DNA from: Candidatus Altiarchaeota archaeon
Lineage (GTDB): Archaea > Altiarchaeota > Altiarchaeia > IMC4 > SCGC-AAA252-I15
Length of the DNA: 38,596 nt
Direction of reading: 5' to 3'
Assembly: GCA_043813075.1 (NCBI GenBank)
Contig: JBDRLL010000031.1
Location: forward strand, 1 to 38,596
Below, in pieces: positions 1 through 8,056 of this stretch (the first letter of the stretch is position 1; each line of letters begins with the position of its first letter). A program made the position numbers and the translations under genes. The notes below the pieces were generated by a model. The model made no database searches. It saw only the letters and a list, made by a program, of their open reading frames with translations, and was not told where the DNA came from.

Positions 1-80
1 CAGTCGGTAGAGCGCGTGCTTGGTAGGACCAGATAATCCCAAACAGCACGAGGTCCCGGGTTCAATTCCCGGTCGGGGCT
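1..80 (+). tRNA. tRNA-Thr(GGU) with 19-nt intron at 37/38 (intron 26-44); 5' end cut off by the window edge
   Basis: Anticodon stem CGTGC(15-19)/GCACG(46-50), loop TT-GGT-A^A. T arm CCGGG-TTCAATT-CCCGG, acceptor 3' strand TCGGGGC plus discriminator T80. BHB motif: TTGG(20-23)/CCAA(39-42) helix with TAG and ACA bulges. Confidence 0.93.
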
Positions 81-120
81 AGTCAATAGGGGGGATAGCA
101 TTAGGAGCTGGATAAATCCG

Positions 121-1365
121 TTAAAGAATCACCTTCATCCGACAGAATTCTCTTTCCAGATTATCTGTCATGCTGTCGCAGACCTCGGGATTATCAAGCT
201 CCGTGGCCAAGAGCGTGTAGCATCCAGCCCTCCTGAAGTCATTCATTAAACCGCATATCTTGGGGTCATTTGTCTCTAAAGCAATCTTTATCAAGCATGT
301 ATTTCTATTGAATTTATCGGATATCTTCAGGCATTCGACACCGTTTTTTTCCTTTTCCGCGATGCTTGCTGCGATTGCAGCTATGCAGTCTTCCCTCACT
401 TCCTCTAGCTCGTGCACACATAGTGAATAATTGTTAGTGGCTTTGGCTACTAGTGAATAACAGTAATTCTTATTGTAGTACATTCTATCGCAGATGGAAT
501 AGTTTCCTGTTTCTTCGGCAATAGAAATCGGGTTCGATATTCTGGTTTTCTGACCGACACAGAAGGAAGAAGTGAAAAAATCCGTTAAGTTCTCGCAGCC
601 TAACTGTTTCTTGCCAGTATAGTTGAAGTGAAGGGTGAGATCAATAAGGGGGTTTAAACACCTTAACCTCCCTGCCTCGTCATCGATTTCCATGCACTCG
701 GGCTCTTTCTCAATTAGTATCCTGCAAAAACGGGCGAGATTATGGGGTTTTAGACTATTCGTTTTACATGCTTTGGGGAGTAGATCGAGACGTAATATGA
801 ATAGGTGGTAGTGTATTTGTCCAGTGTGGACGTAGTATACCTCATCGTCTATAAAGCATATCCCGTTAATGCATCCATCCTTTGTTGAAATCGACGTGTT
901 ATCTTTCAGCAGGTCATAGATTTTATCATCCAACCATTTAGATGGATCATATTTACACGAAACATTACACGCTCCGCATTCAGTAGAATACACGTTATAA
1001 TTGGTCTCCAGACAGTTACACGTTAGTGAGCCATTTGAGTAGACGTCCTCACGCCAGGCATAAAGGGGGGTAGCGCTACTGGAACTCCAACGGGTACGAA
1101 TATATTCTGGTTTCCCCATTCGAGAGACATATTCACAGCTTTTTGTTGAACCACCACCCGATGATCCACCACTACTCTCTAGACAAAGTGAAATATTTTC
1201 TCCGGAATTATAAAGGGCATAGCCTAATTCCATGAATTCCATATATTTCCCATGATCCATGTGAATAGAATCTGGTCTGACAGGTTTTAATGATTTACTG
1301 GATAAGTAGTAGAATAAGCATACCCAGAGGGCTATTATAAACACTAGTAGAAAAAAACGTTTCAT
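121..1365 (-). CDS. Secreted or membrane-anchored Cys-rich repeat protein
   Basis: 414-aa ORF with an N-terminal hydrophobic segment, a Gly/Ser linker and C-terminal tandem C-x(10-13)-C helical repeats (e.g. CLKISDKFNRNTC, CGLMNDFRRAGC). Visibly more AT-rich than the core genes. Confidence 0.75.
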   Translation of the reverse strand: MKRFFLLVFIIALWVCLFYYLSSKSLKPVRPDSIHMDHGKYMEFMELGYALYNSGENISLCLESSGGSSGGGSTKSCEYVSRMGKPEYIRTRWSSSSATPLYAWREDVYSNGSLTCNCLETNYNVYSTECGACNVSCKYDPSKWLDDKIYDLLKDNTSISTKDGCINGICFIDDEVYYVHTGQIHYHLFILRLDLLPKACKTNSLKPHNLARFCRILIEKEPECMEIDDEAGRLRCLNPLIDLTLHFNYTGKKQLGCENLTDFFTSSFCVGQKTRISNPISIAEETGNYSICDRMYYNKNYCYSLVAKATNNYSLCVHELEEVREDCIAAIAASIAEKEKNGVECLKISDKFNRNTCLIKIALETNDPKICGLMNDFRRAGCYTLLATELDNPEVCDSMTDNLEREFCRMKVIL

Positions 1366-1485
1366 GTATACCTCATTGAAATCTATTGATTATAAACAGA
1401 GTATGCTATAAAAAAATAGATTGGGTAATACTGCTTGATACGCTCAAATTCATGCGTGACATGATACTGTACTTGAGGGGGTATA

Positions 1486-1665
1486 TTAGTATTGTGGTCC
1501 GTCGTCTAGGGGTATTAGTATTATCTCCCCGTTGACTGGCAGGGCGTCAAGCTTTATCTTGATGGTGTCCTTGTTGTTGAATCCGACCCCGATCTCGACC
1601 CAACGCTTCTTGCCGTCGGAAACGTCCACAACCGTCTTAGCCCGGTAGTCAGGCAGATTACCCAT
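1486..1665 (-). CDS. Small hypothetical protein, 59 aa (below the ORF-track cutoff)
   Basis: Translated by hand: MGNLPDYRAKTVVDVSDGKKRWVEIGVGFNNKDTIKIKLDALPVNGEIILIPLDDGPQY. Strong SD GAGGTGAT at 1678-1671 and a TATA element at 1710-1717. Confidence 0.8.
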   Translation of the reverse strand: MGNLPDYRAKTVVDVSDGKKRWVEIGVGFNNKDTIKIKLDALPVNGEIILIPLDDGPQY

Positions 1666-1709
1666 AAAACATCACCTCTTACCATATCGCATTCAACACT
1701 GATAAATGG

Positions 1710-1717
1710 TTTATATA
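1710..1717. promoter_or_regulatory. TATA box TTTATATA, possibly serving both divergent microprotein genes
   Basis: Archaeal TATA consensus, about 23 nt before ATG 1740 (+) and upstream of the SD of 1665 (-). Confidence 0.55.
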
Positions 1718-1739
1718 GGCAGACTACATAATCTATGGT

Positions 1740-1817
1740 ATGCCAGTAAAAGGCCGTAAGACAAGTCACAAGGATGCTATGAGGCAGAAGAGGCACCGCA
1801 GGAAGACGCGGATGTGA
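1740..1817 (+). CDS. Very basic 25-aa microprotein (candidate)
   Basis: MPVKGRKTSHKDAMRQKRHRRKTRM, 11 K/R. ATG at leaderless distance from the TATA box; CCCC...GGGG hairpin follows at about 1847-1864. Confidence 0.5.
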   Translation: MPVKGRKTSHKDAMRQKRHRRKTRM

Positions 1818-1868
1818 CGCCAACCATTCTAACCGTGAAACAGGATCCCCTTTAGTTTATGGGGTTCT

Positions 1869-2072
1869 TCACTCTTCTTCAGGTATCTTGAAGGTCACCA
1901 GCCTGCATTTGCCGCACCTGAATGCCTTGTCCAATGCTGCGGAAACGAACTCCTCCCTTCCCTTACCATCGTCCTTCTCCCAGTAGATGGTGGAGTCCTG
2001 GCCCACAGCATATATCAGACCCTGCTCCATTCCCTTACCGCATCCAGGGCAGCTCATGGAATCAAAAGCCAT
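1869..2072 (-). CDS. Small zinc-ribbon protein (DUF6487/PF20097-like)
   Basis: CPGCGKGMEQG...AFRCGKCRLVTF pattern; TATA-like element at about 2095-2102 upstream. Confidence 0.75.
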   Translation of the reverse strand: MAFDSMSCPGCGKGMEQGLIYAVGQDSTIYWEKDDGKGREEFVSAALDKAFRCGKCRLVTFKIPEEE

Positions 2073-2174
2073 AATACAATAATGGTTGATTTAGTATAAA
2101 AACTATTATGGTTTAAAAAGTAGTTTATAAAAATAATTTAAATGATAAAAGTGGATAATATAAAAAAAAATAGA

Positions 2175-2420
2175 CTATTTGCTTTTGCAGCTGCAGAAGC
2201 CTTCCGGATAGCTGTTGGTAATCCGCTTTTGCCGGGGTATGCTTTGTTCTATCGGCTTCTTACACTCCCGGCATAGGTTGTCGGTCTTCCGCCGTACAGT
2301 AGCCCACATGATATACTCCAATGATTCGGTTAGTATGTCCGTCGGGCTATACCCCCAGTAATCCAGTTCTTTCCTAAGGTCTTCGCTTATCAAAGCCTTA
2401 ACTTCGATCTTATCTGTCAT
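2175..2420 (-). CDS. Hypothetical protein with RHH-like N-terminus and C-terminal Cys cluster
   Basis: 81-aa ORF starting 13 nt after the glnK stop, with SD GAGGTGGTG. Contains CRECK...FCSC. Confidence 0.7.
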   Translation of the reverse strand: MTDKIEVKALISEDLRKELDYWGYSPTDILTESLEYIMWATVRRKTDNLCRECKKPIEQSIPRQKRITNSYPEGFCSCKSK

Positions 2421-2433
2421 ATCACCACCTCAT

Positions 2434-2775
2434 TCATCCTATCGCACGGCCTCCCCGCTCTCCTGTCCGTATCCTGACTGCTTCGGCTAGAGTTAGTACG
2501 AAGATCTTGCCATCACCGACTTCGTCGGTCCTAGCGCCCTTCATTATCGCCTCTATCGTCGGCTCCACGAAATCCTCGTTCACTGCGATTTCTAGCCGTA
2601 TTTTTGGCAGCAGGTTTACTTCCTGGCTCGAACCCCTGAAGACTTCCGTAAACCCCTTCTGACGTCCGCATCCCCGTATCTTCGAAACCGACATCTTGTA
2701 GACTTCAGCCTTGTATAGCTCCTTCTTCACTTCCTTGAACCTTTCAGGTTTTATGTATGCAATAACCAACTTCAT
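2434..2775 (-). CDS. glnK: P-II nitrogen regulator GlnK (copy 2)
   Basis: MKLVIAYIKP...GCGRQKG...FRG...LLPK...GDGKIFV...VRIRTGE. Start moved to the ATG at 2775 behind a purine-rich SD. Confidence 0.96.
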   Translation of the reverse strand: MKLVIAYIKPERFKEVKKELYKAEVYKMSVSKIRGCGRQKGFTEVFRGSSQEVNLLPKIRLEIAVNEDFVEPTIEAIMKGARTDEVGDGKIFVLTLAEAVRIRTGERGGRAIG

Positions 2776-2789
2776 TTTTCCCCTCCCTA

Positions 2790-4112
2790 TCATGCAGGCA
2801 AGTCCATGTCAGGATATGCCTCTTCACCGTGTTGTGTTAAGTCAAGGCCTATTATCTCCTCCTCTCGCCGTACCCTCAAACCCATTATCAAGTCTATCAC
2901 CTTCATTATTACTATAGTGGATGTGAAGGCGTATATCATAGTCACAAGCACGCTGGCAGCCTGAACCAGCAATAGATGGGGGTTGCCGGCCATGAAACCG
3001 TCCGCACCCCCCGGGTTTATCATAGTGGATGCGAAAACCCCTGTTAAAAGCGCCCCTATTATACCGCCCATGCCGTGGCAGGCCATTACGTCCAGTGCGT
3101 CGTCTATCCTTGTCTTGTTTTTTATGAACAGTATCATTATGAAGCATACGGCACCAGCTATGGCCCCGATCACTATTGCAGCCAGGGGGCTTACAAATCC
3201 TGCCGCAGGGGTTATGGCCACTAGACCGCAGACTGCACCAGTCACTATGCCCATACTGCTTGGCTTCTTGTCGCGGGACCAGCTTACGAGCATCCATGAT
3301 ATTGCTGCGGCAGCAGCTGCAGTGTTTGTGACGACGAATGCGTGGGCTGCGAGACCGTTTGCTGCGAGCGCGCTTCCCGCATTGAAGCCGAACCACCCGA
3401 ACCATAGGATAGATGCGCCGAGTATGACCATGGTGATGTCATGCGGTTTTATCTCCCCGCCGTTCGATAGCTCCACCCTCCGGCCTAAGACTAGTGCGGC
3501 TGCGAGGGCTGAGACTCCTGCTGATATGTGGACGACCGTGCCTCCAGCGAAGTCGAGTGCTCCCATAGCCCGTATCCATCCGCCATCACCCCACACCCAG
3601 TGGCATAGTGGATCATAGATGAATGTCGTCCATAGTAGTGTGAATACTAGGAATGACGAGAATTTCATCCTGTCTGCGAAGGAGCCGATTATCAATGCAG
3701 GGGTTATTATCGCGAACATTGCCTGGAATATTAGGAACGCGTACTCGGGTATCGTCTCACTATAGGTTGGGTTCGCCCCCATGCCGATACCGTTTAGCCC
3801 GACATGGTCCAAGCCTCCGATTACACCACCTATGTCTGGCCCGAATGCCAGAGAGTATCCCACAAGAATCCATTGGATGCTCACCAACGCTATGATTATG
3901 AAACTCTGGGTTATGATGGCGAGGACGTTCTTCTTGCGCACCATACCGCCGTAGAAGAATCCAACGCCAGGAGTCATTAGCAGCACCAAGGCTGCGGCCA
4001 CGAGGACCCATGCTGTGTCTCCGGCATTCAGTTTTGACGTGTCTATTGCTGAGGCAGACTGCGTTAAAAGCAGCAGGAGCAGGGTCGTGTAAACGATTAT
4101 TATTTGTTTCAT
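2790..4112 (-). CDS. amtB: Ammonium transporter, AmtB/Mep type (copy 2)
   Basis: DFAGGTVVH, WFGWFGFNAGS, DDALDVMACHG (twin His), GLDLTQHGEEAY; N-terminal signal-like segment. Confidence 0.97.
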   Translation of the reverse strand: MKQIIIVYTTLLLLLLTQSASAIDTSKLNAGDTAWVLVAAALVLLMTPGVGFFYGGMVRKKNVLAIITQSFIIIALVSIQWILVGYSLAFGPDIGGVIGGLDHVGLNGIGMGANPTYSETIPEYAFLIFQAMFAIITPALIIGSFADRMKFSSFLVFTLLWTTFIYDPLCHWVWGDGGWIRAMGALDFAGGTVVHISAGVSALAAALVLGRRVELSNGGEIKPHDITMVILGASILWFGWFGFNAGSALAANGLAAHAFVVTNTAAAAAAISWMLVSWSRDKKPSSMGIVTGAVCGLVAITPAAGFVSPLAAIVIGAIAGAVCFIMILFIKNKTRIDDALDVMACHGMGGIIGALLTGVFASTMINPGGADGFMAGNPHLLLVQAASVLVTMIYAFTSTIVIMKVIDLIMGLRVRREEEIIGLDLTQHGEEAYPDMDLPA

Positions 4113-4178
4113 ATCATCATCCCTCCATCATAGAGTAGCCTAGAACAAACCACCAAAGACAAGATGTCTGTTAATGAT

Positions 4179-4245
4179 TTATTCAATTTGTAATAAGAAT
4201 ATGAATAACTTATATAAATATTTATCGATTATTTGTATTATTTCA
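4179..4245 (-). promoter_or_regulatory. amt copy 2 promoter with inverted-repeat operator candidate
   Basis: TATTTATATAA (4220-4210) immediately followed by TTATTCA-N16-TGAATAA (4179-4208). The same arrangement occurs at 6267-6333. Confidence 0.6.
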
Positions 4246-4420
4246 TAAAAAGATATATAAAATTTGAATGAATACTCAAATAAATGACGATGTTTAACTA
4301 AATAATGAGGATATACATAAAAATTAATTAAAAAAATGGATAAAATAACAATAAAATAGAAAATAAAAATTAAAAAATAAGAAATAAGGCACATATTTAT
4401 AAACCATCTACCAGGGGTTT

Positions 4421-4789
4421 TTATTTTTCATCTGCGAATCTGCTCCGCCCACCAATAGCTGAAGGCCCTTTCTCACTGGTCCTTATGCGGATACACTCCT
4501 CCAATGGCACTATGAAGATCTTACCGTCTCCGACACTACCTGTCTTGGCGCCTTGGATAATGCCTTCAACCGTCGTGTCAACGAAGTCGTCGTTGACCGC
4601 GACCTCCAGCCGTATCTTCTGGAGGAGGCTGATCTCCTTCTTAGCGCCACGGTAGCTTTCAACATAGCCGCGCGTCTGGCCGCAACCCTTAGCCATGCTT
4701 ACGCTCATCCTATGGACTTCACGCTTGTCCAACTCCTTCTTCACCGAATCCAGCATCTCAGACCGTATGTACGCAATTATCAACTTCAT
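4421..4789 (-). CDS. glnK: P-II nitrogen regulator GlnK (copy 1)
   Basis: MKLIIAYIR...YRG...LLQK...GDGKIFI...IRIRT; SD GGAGGTGA. Confidence 0.96.
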   Translation of the reverse strand: MKLIIAYIRSEMLDSVKKELDKREVHRMSVSMAKGCGQTRGYVESYRGAKKEISLLQKIRLEVAVNDDFVDTTVEGIIQGAKTGSVGDGKIFIVPLEECIRIRTSEKGPSAIGGRSRFADEK

Positions 4790-4808
4790 TTCAATTCACC
4801 TCCATTTT

Positions 4809-6140
4809 TTACGCCGGCACCTCAAAATCCGGGTACGCGAACATCCCGTGCTCGCCGATATCCAAGCCAACAATCTCCTCCTGCTCCGAGACCCTCAGTC
4901 CAAGAAAAAGGTCGATGGACTTGAAGAGTGTGAACGACGACGCAAAAACGAATAGGAATGTCGCCACAACCCCCGTGACCTGAATAATCAACTGTGAGAG
5001 CCCGCCGCCAAACAATAGGCCGCTCACCCCCCCAGTGTACGCCTTCTCGGCGAATAATCCCACAGCTATCGTACCCCACGCACCGCATGCGCCATGAACT
5101 GAGATCGCGCCTACAGGATCGTCGACTCGCAATATCCTGTCGAAGAATTCGACTGCGAACACGACTAGGATTCCCGCCACCACACCTATGAGTGCCGAGC
5201 TGACTGGGCTCACTGCCGCAGTGCCTGCTGTTATGGCGACCAAGCCCGCTAGGAAGCCGTTTATTGTCATTGAAACGTCAGGCTTGCCATTCCTAAGCCA
5301 TGTGACCACCATCGTGGTTATTGCCCCCGCCGCAGCCGCAGTGTTTGTCGTCACAGCTATCAAAGCGACTGCGGGCGTCATAGCAAGATTGCTGCCAGGG
5401 TTGAATCCGAACCACCCGAACCATAGTATCAGACCGCCCAAAGCCGCCAGAGGTATGCTGTGACCTGGTATGACGTTGATTCTGCCGTTCGTGAACTTGC
5501 CTATCCTGGGCCCCAACACTATGACTCCCGCCAGCGCGGCCGAACCTCCGACCAGGTGCACTACTGTAGAGCCTGCGAAGTCTATCATGCCCTTTTCAGC
5601 GAGCCACCCCCCACCCCATATCCAGTGACCTACCACAGGGTAGATGAATGCAACTATCACTATTGCAAAGAGTATGTATCCGAGGAATTTTATCCTCTCC
5701 GCCACTGCCCCAGACACTATGGTTGCCGCCGTTCCAGCGAACATCATCTGGAATATGAAGAATGCCAGTGCAGCCACTGTTGTGCCGGGCCAGGGTTTTT
5801 CAAGAGAGACCCCTTTTATCATCAGGTATTCTGTTGGGTTTCCTATGAGTCCGCTGACATCACCACCGAAGGTTATGCTGAATCCGATCACCATGAAGAC
5901 TATCGCCGCCATGGATATAGTCATGATGTTCTTCATGATGATGTTCACGGAGTTCTTGGATCTCGTGAACCCGGTCTCCACCATCGCGAACCCCAAGTGC
6001 ATTAGGAACACCAGGAATGCTGCCATCAGAACCCAGAAAGTGTCCAGGTTGCTTATCTCTACCGCCTCTTCCGCCGACACTAGAGGTAATGCCAATAGTG
6101 CCAGTATCACCATTAGGACTGTTTTTCGTGTTTTCTCCAT
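4809..6140 (-). CDS. amt: Ammonium transporter, Amt1-like (copy 1)
   Basis: GFAMVETG, SGAVAER, DFAGSTVVH, WFGFNPGS, DDPVGAISVHG, GLDIGEHG; SD GAGGTGA. Confidence 0.97.
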   Translation of the reverse strand: MEKTRKTVLMVILALLALPLVSAEEAVEISNLDTFWVLMAAFLVFLMHLGFAMVETGFTRSKNSVNIIMKNIMTISMAAIVFMVIGFSITFGGDVSGLIGNPTEYLMIKGVSLEKPWPGTTVAALAFFIFQMMFAGTAATIVSGAVAERIKFLGYILFAIVIVAFIYPVVGHWIWGGGWLAEKGMIDFAGSTVVHLVGGSAALAGVIVLGPRIGKFTNGRINVIPGHSIPLAALGGLILWFGWFGFNPGSNLAMTPAVALIAVTTNTAAAAGAITTMVVTWLRNGKPDVSMTINGFLAGLVAITAGTAAVSPVSSALIGVVAGILVVFAVEFFDRILRVDDPVGAISVHGACGAWGTIAVGLFAEKAYTGGVSGLLFGGGLSQLIIQVTGVVATFLFVFASSFTLFKSIDLFLGLRVSEQEEIVGLDIGEHGMFAYPDFEVPA

Positions 6141-6266
6141 TATGTTTTCACCTCATTGTTTAGCATGAATTGGCATTCAAATACCGGGAATTGGTTTTCA
6201 TTGCCCCATAGGAGGATTGCCAGCCGTTTGGACACACCCCCAATCACCCGGACATTATTTGAATGT

Positions 6267-6333
6267 TTATTCATTTTTTGTTTATATTTATGAAGAAGTT
6301 ATATAAATACTTGTTGTTTTTTTGATTATTTCA
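6267..6333 (-). promoter_or_regulatory. amt copy 1 promoter with inverted-repeat operator candidate
   Basis: TATTTATATAA (6309-6299) followed by TTATTCA-N17-TGAAGAA (6267-6297), plus a shared TTATTTCA at 6326-6333. Confidence 0.6.
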
Positions 6334-6558
6334 ATATAAAAAATAGCATTTTTTATATATATAATCATTTTATTGTCATATATGTAGGGGATATTGCAAA
6401 ATTTAACAATATTATGCAATAATATTGAACATATAATAAAAATTAGACCATAATTTAGAGTATATTAGTATAATAAAGATTTATTTTTGAGTGATTAATT
6501 TGTGGATTTTGTTGTTTTTAATTTCTTGAAATATAATGGATATGGAGGTGGAACAAAG

Positions 6559-6843
6559 GTGTCGATAAACTGTGGGAGATGCGGGAAACCATTATTCAAG
6601 CCAGGACTGCAAGTCTGCGATAGCTGTAGAGGCGTGATAACGAAGGATAAGGACAGGCACGCGAAGAAGATGGAGAACAGGATGGAGCAGGAGAGGTCAC
6701 TGTACGAGAACATCAGTGCTCCAGGAAAAGACGATGAGCCGGACGACTATGGTAGGGAGCACTACTTGGACACGCATGACGCGTCGTCAGTATGGGTTGA
6801 CAACAATCCCTCGAGGGGTAAGGGCGGCAGGCGGAGGCGCTAG
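6559..6843 (+). CDS. Hypothetical zinc-finger protein
   Basis: CGRC...CDSC motif. The GTG at 6559 follows SD GGAGGTG, so it is preferred over the track start at 6502. Confidence 0.65.
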   Translation: MSINCGRCGKPLFKPGLQVCDSCRGVITKDKDRHAKKMENRMEQERSLYENISAPGKDDEPDDYGREHYLDTHDASSVWVDNNPSRGKGGRRRR

Positions 6844-7904
6844 CCGAGACGATACCTGAGTATCCCCGCAAGACCGCCCAACGACTCCAACTGCCCCCCA
6901 GCATCACCCTCACTATTGACTATGTGGACTACACCACGCTTATTCTGAACTTCCAGCATAAGAGGCTCTATCCTAACCCTATCATCGAAGAAAAGCCGGT
7001 CAGACACTATGAGCGTTTCAACAGCACCCGAATCAACGGCGTCACGCACGTCATCAAACCCGTAAACCGCCAATCCATTTCCAGCGCCAATGTTCTTCAA
7101 TACCTCGTCCACGAGACGGGTGTCGCGCACGGAATTGACCATCTCCAGAGACTTGTTCACAGAGCCCCTCTTCAAGACCTCCTGCACACCGTTCCTGCCT
7201 CCGGAGCCGGTATCCTCCACCACAAACTTTGATGCGAGCCCTGAATCCTTCTGGCGCACAAAATCCATGAACGCGTTCTTACCGAAACCAGGGCCAGCAA
7301 GGATGACGAGAGATACGTTATTGCTCCCCACCAGACCAGCCAGCATCTGGAAGAGTTCACCATGAAAACCCTTCAACCGATCCTCCCTACCCTTCAGGTC
7401 GTATTTGCCGCCTATGTTGCGGGAGAACTCCGTGTAATCCACGCCGGAATCCCTGAGAAACCCGACCGTCGCATCACCATCCTCCACAACAACCACTAGC
7501 ACGCTAGGCCTCAGCGTCGACTCTACTGCAGCGTCTATCCGTGAAAGCTCAGGCTTACCCCATTTTTCCTTTACCACAGTGAGGACTGAGCCTGGGTCTA
7601 TGCTCAGGGTATGGTGGGATCCTAATCCAATAATGTCTTCAGGCCCTGCCTCTATGGTGCCGGATATCCTCAGCGAGTTCGAGTCCCTCTTGAATTCGGT
7701 CTTCCCGACCCGGACGGACAGCGTTATGGTCTTCCTCTCCCCGCCACCGCTCTTAACGTCGTCCCGGTCCTTCACCCTCCGCTGGGTCTTGGACTTTACG
7801 ACATCCCCTTCAAAGACCACCTGGCTCAGGTACCATAGGTCGTCTAGGCTCTCCAGACGAAGCTTGAGAACGCCGTTACGCAGGTCCTTGCCGAGTATCC
7901 TCAA
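6840..7904 (-). CDS. pelA: mRNA surveillance protein pelota (Dom34)
   Basis: ESLDDLWYL, LRISGTI, GSHHTL, LAGPGF, AVETL, GQLESLGGLAGILRY. Confidence 0.95.
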   Translation of the reverse strand: MRILGKDLRNGVLKLRLESLDDLWYLSQVVFEGDVVKSKTQRRVKDRDDVKSGGGERKTITLSVRVGKTEFKRDSNSLRISGTIEAGPEDIIGLGSHHTLSIDPGSVLTVVKEKWGKPELSRIDAAVESTLRPSVLVVVVEDGDATVGFLRDSGVDYTEFSRNIGGKYDLKGREDRLKGFHGELFQMLAGLVGSNNVSLVILAGPGFGKNAFMDFVRQKDSGLASKFVVEDTGSGGRNGVQEVLKRGSVNKSLEMVNSVRDTRLVDEVLKNIGAGNGLAVYGFDDVRDAVDSGAVETLIVSDRLFFDDRVRIEPLMLEVQNKRGVVHIVNSEGDAGGQLESLGGLAGILRYRLG

Positions 7905-7969
7905 TCATACCACCTCAAATCCTTAGGTAATAATAGTATTTATTGGAGTAATACCTGAAAACTAACACA

Positions 7970-8056
7970 ATGGTGATACCGGAATTGCTTGCCACACTGG
8001 TGACGAAGAAGGGGTTGGATGAGGTGGCTAAGGGATTGGATGAGGACGACGAGTAG
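7970..8056 (+). CDS. 28-aa microprotein (candidate)
   Basis: MVIPELLATLVTKKGLDEVAKGLDEDDE. TATTTATT at 7937-7944; the stop abuts the dph6 stop with no gap. Confidence 0.45.
   Translation: MVIPELLATLVTKKGLDEVAKGLDEDDE

Noticed and set aside
1554-1823. 89-aa ORF in the track
   Set aside because: It overlaps two better-supported small ORFs and their TATA box, and has no motif or SD.
4179-4394. 71-aa hydrophobic ORF between the amt-glnK modules
   Set aside because: Phe/Ile/Tyr-rich artefact of very AT-rich DNA; it overlaps the amt promoter.
6187-6200. GGAA-N6-TTCA, a near match to the NrpR operator in the amt leader
   Set aside because: Only 7/8 match, about 100 nt downstream of the TATA box, and no counterpart at the second amt promoter.
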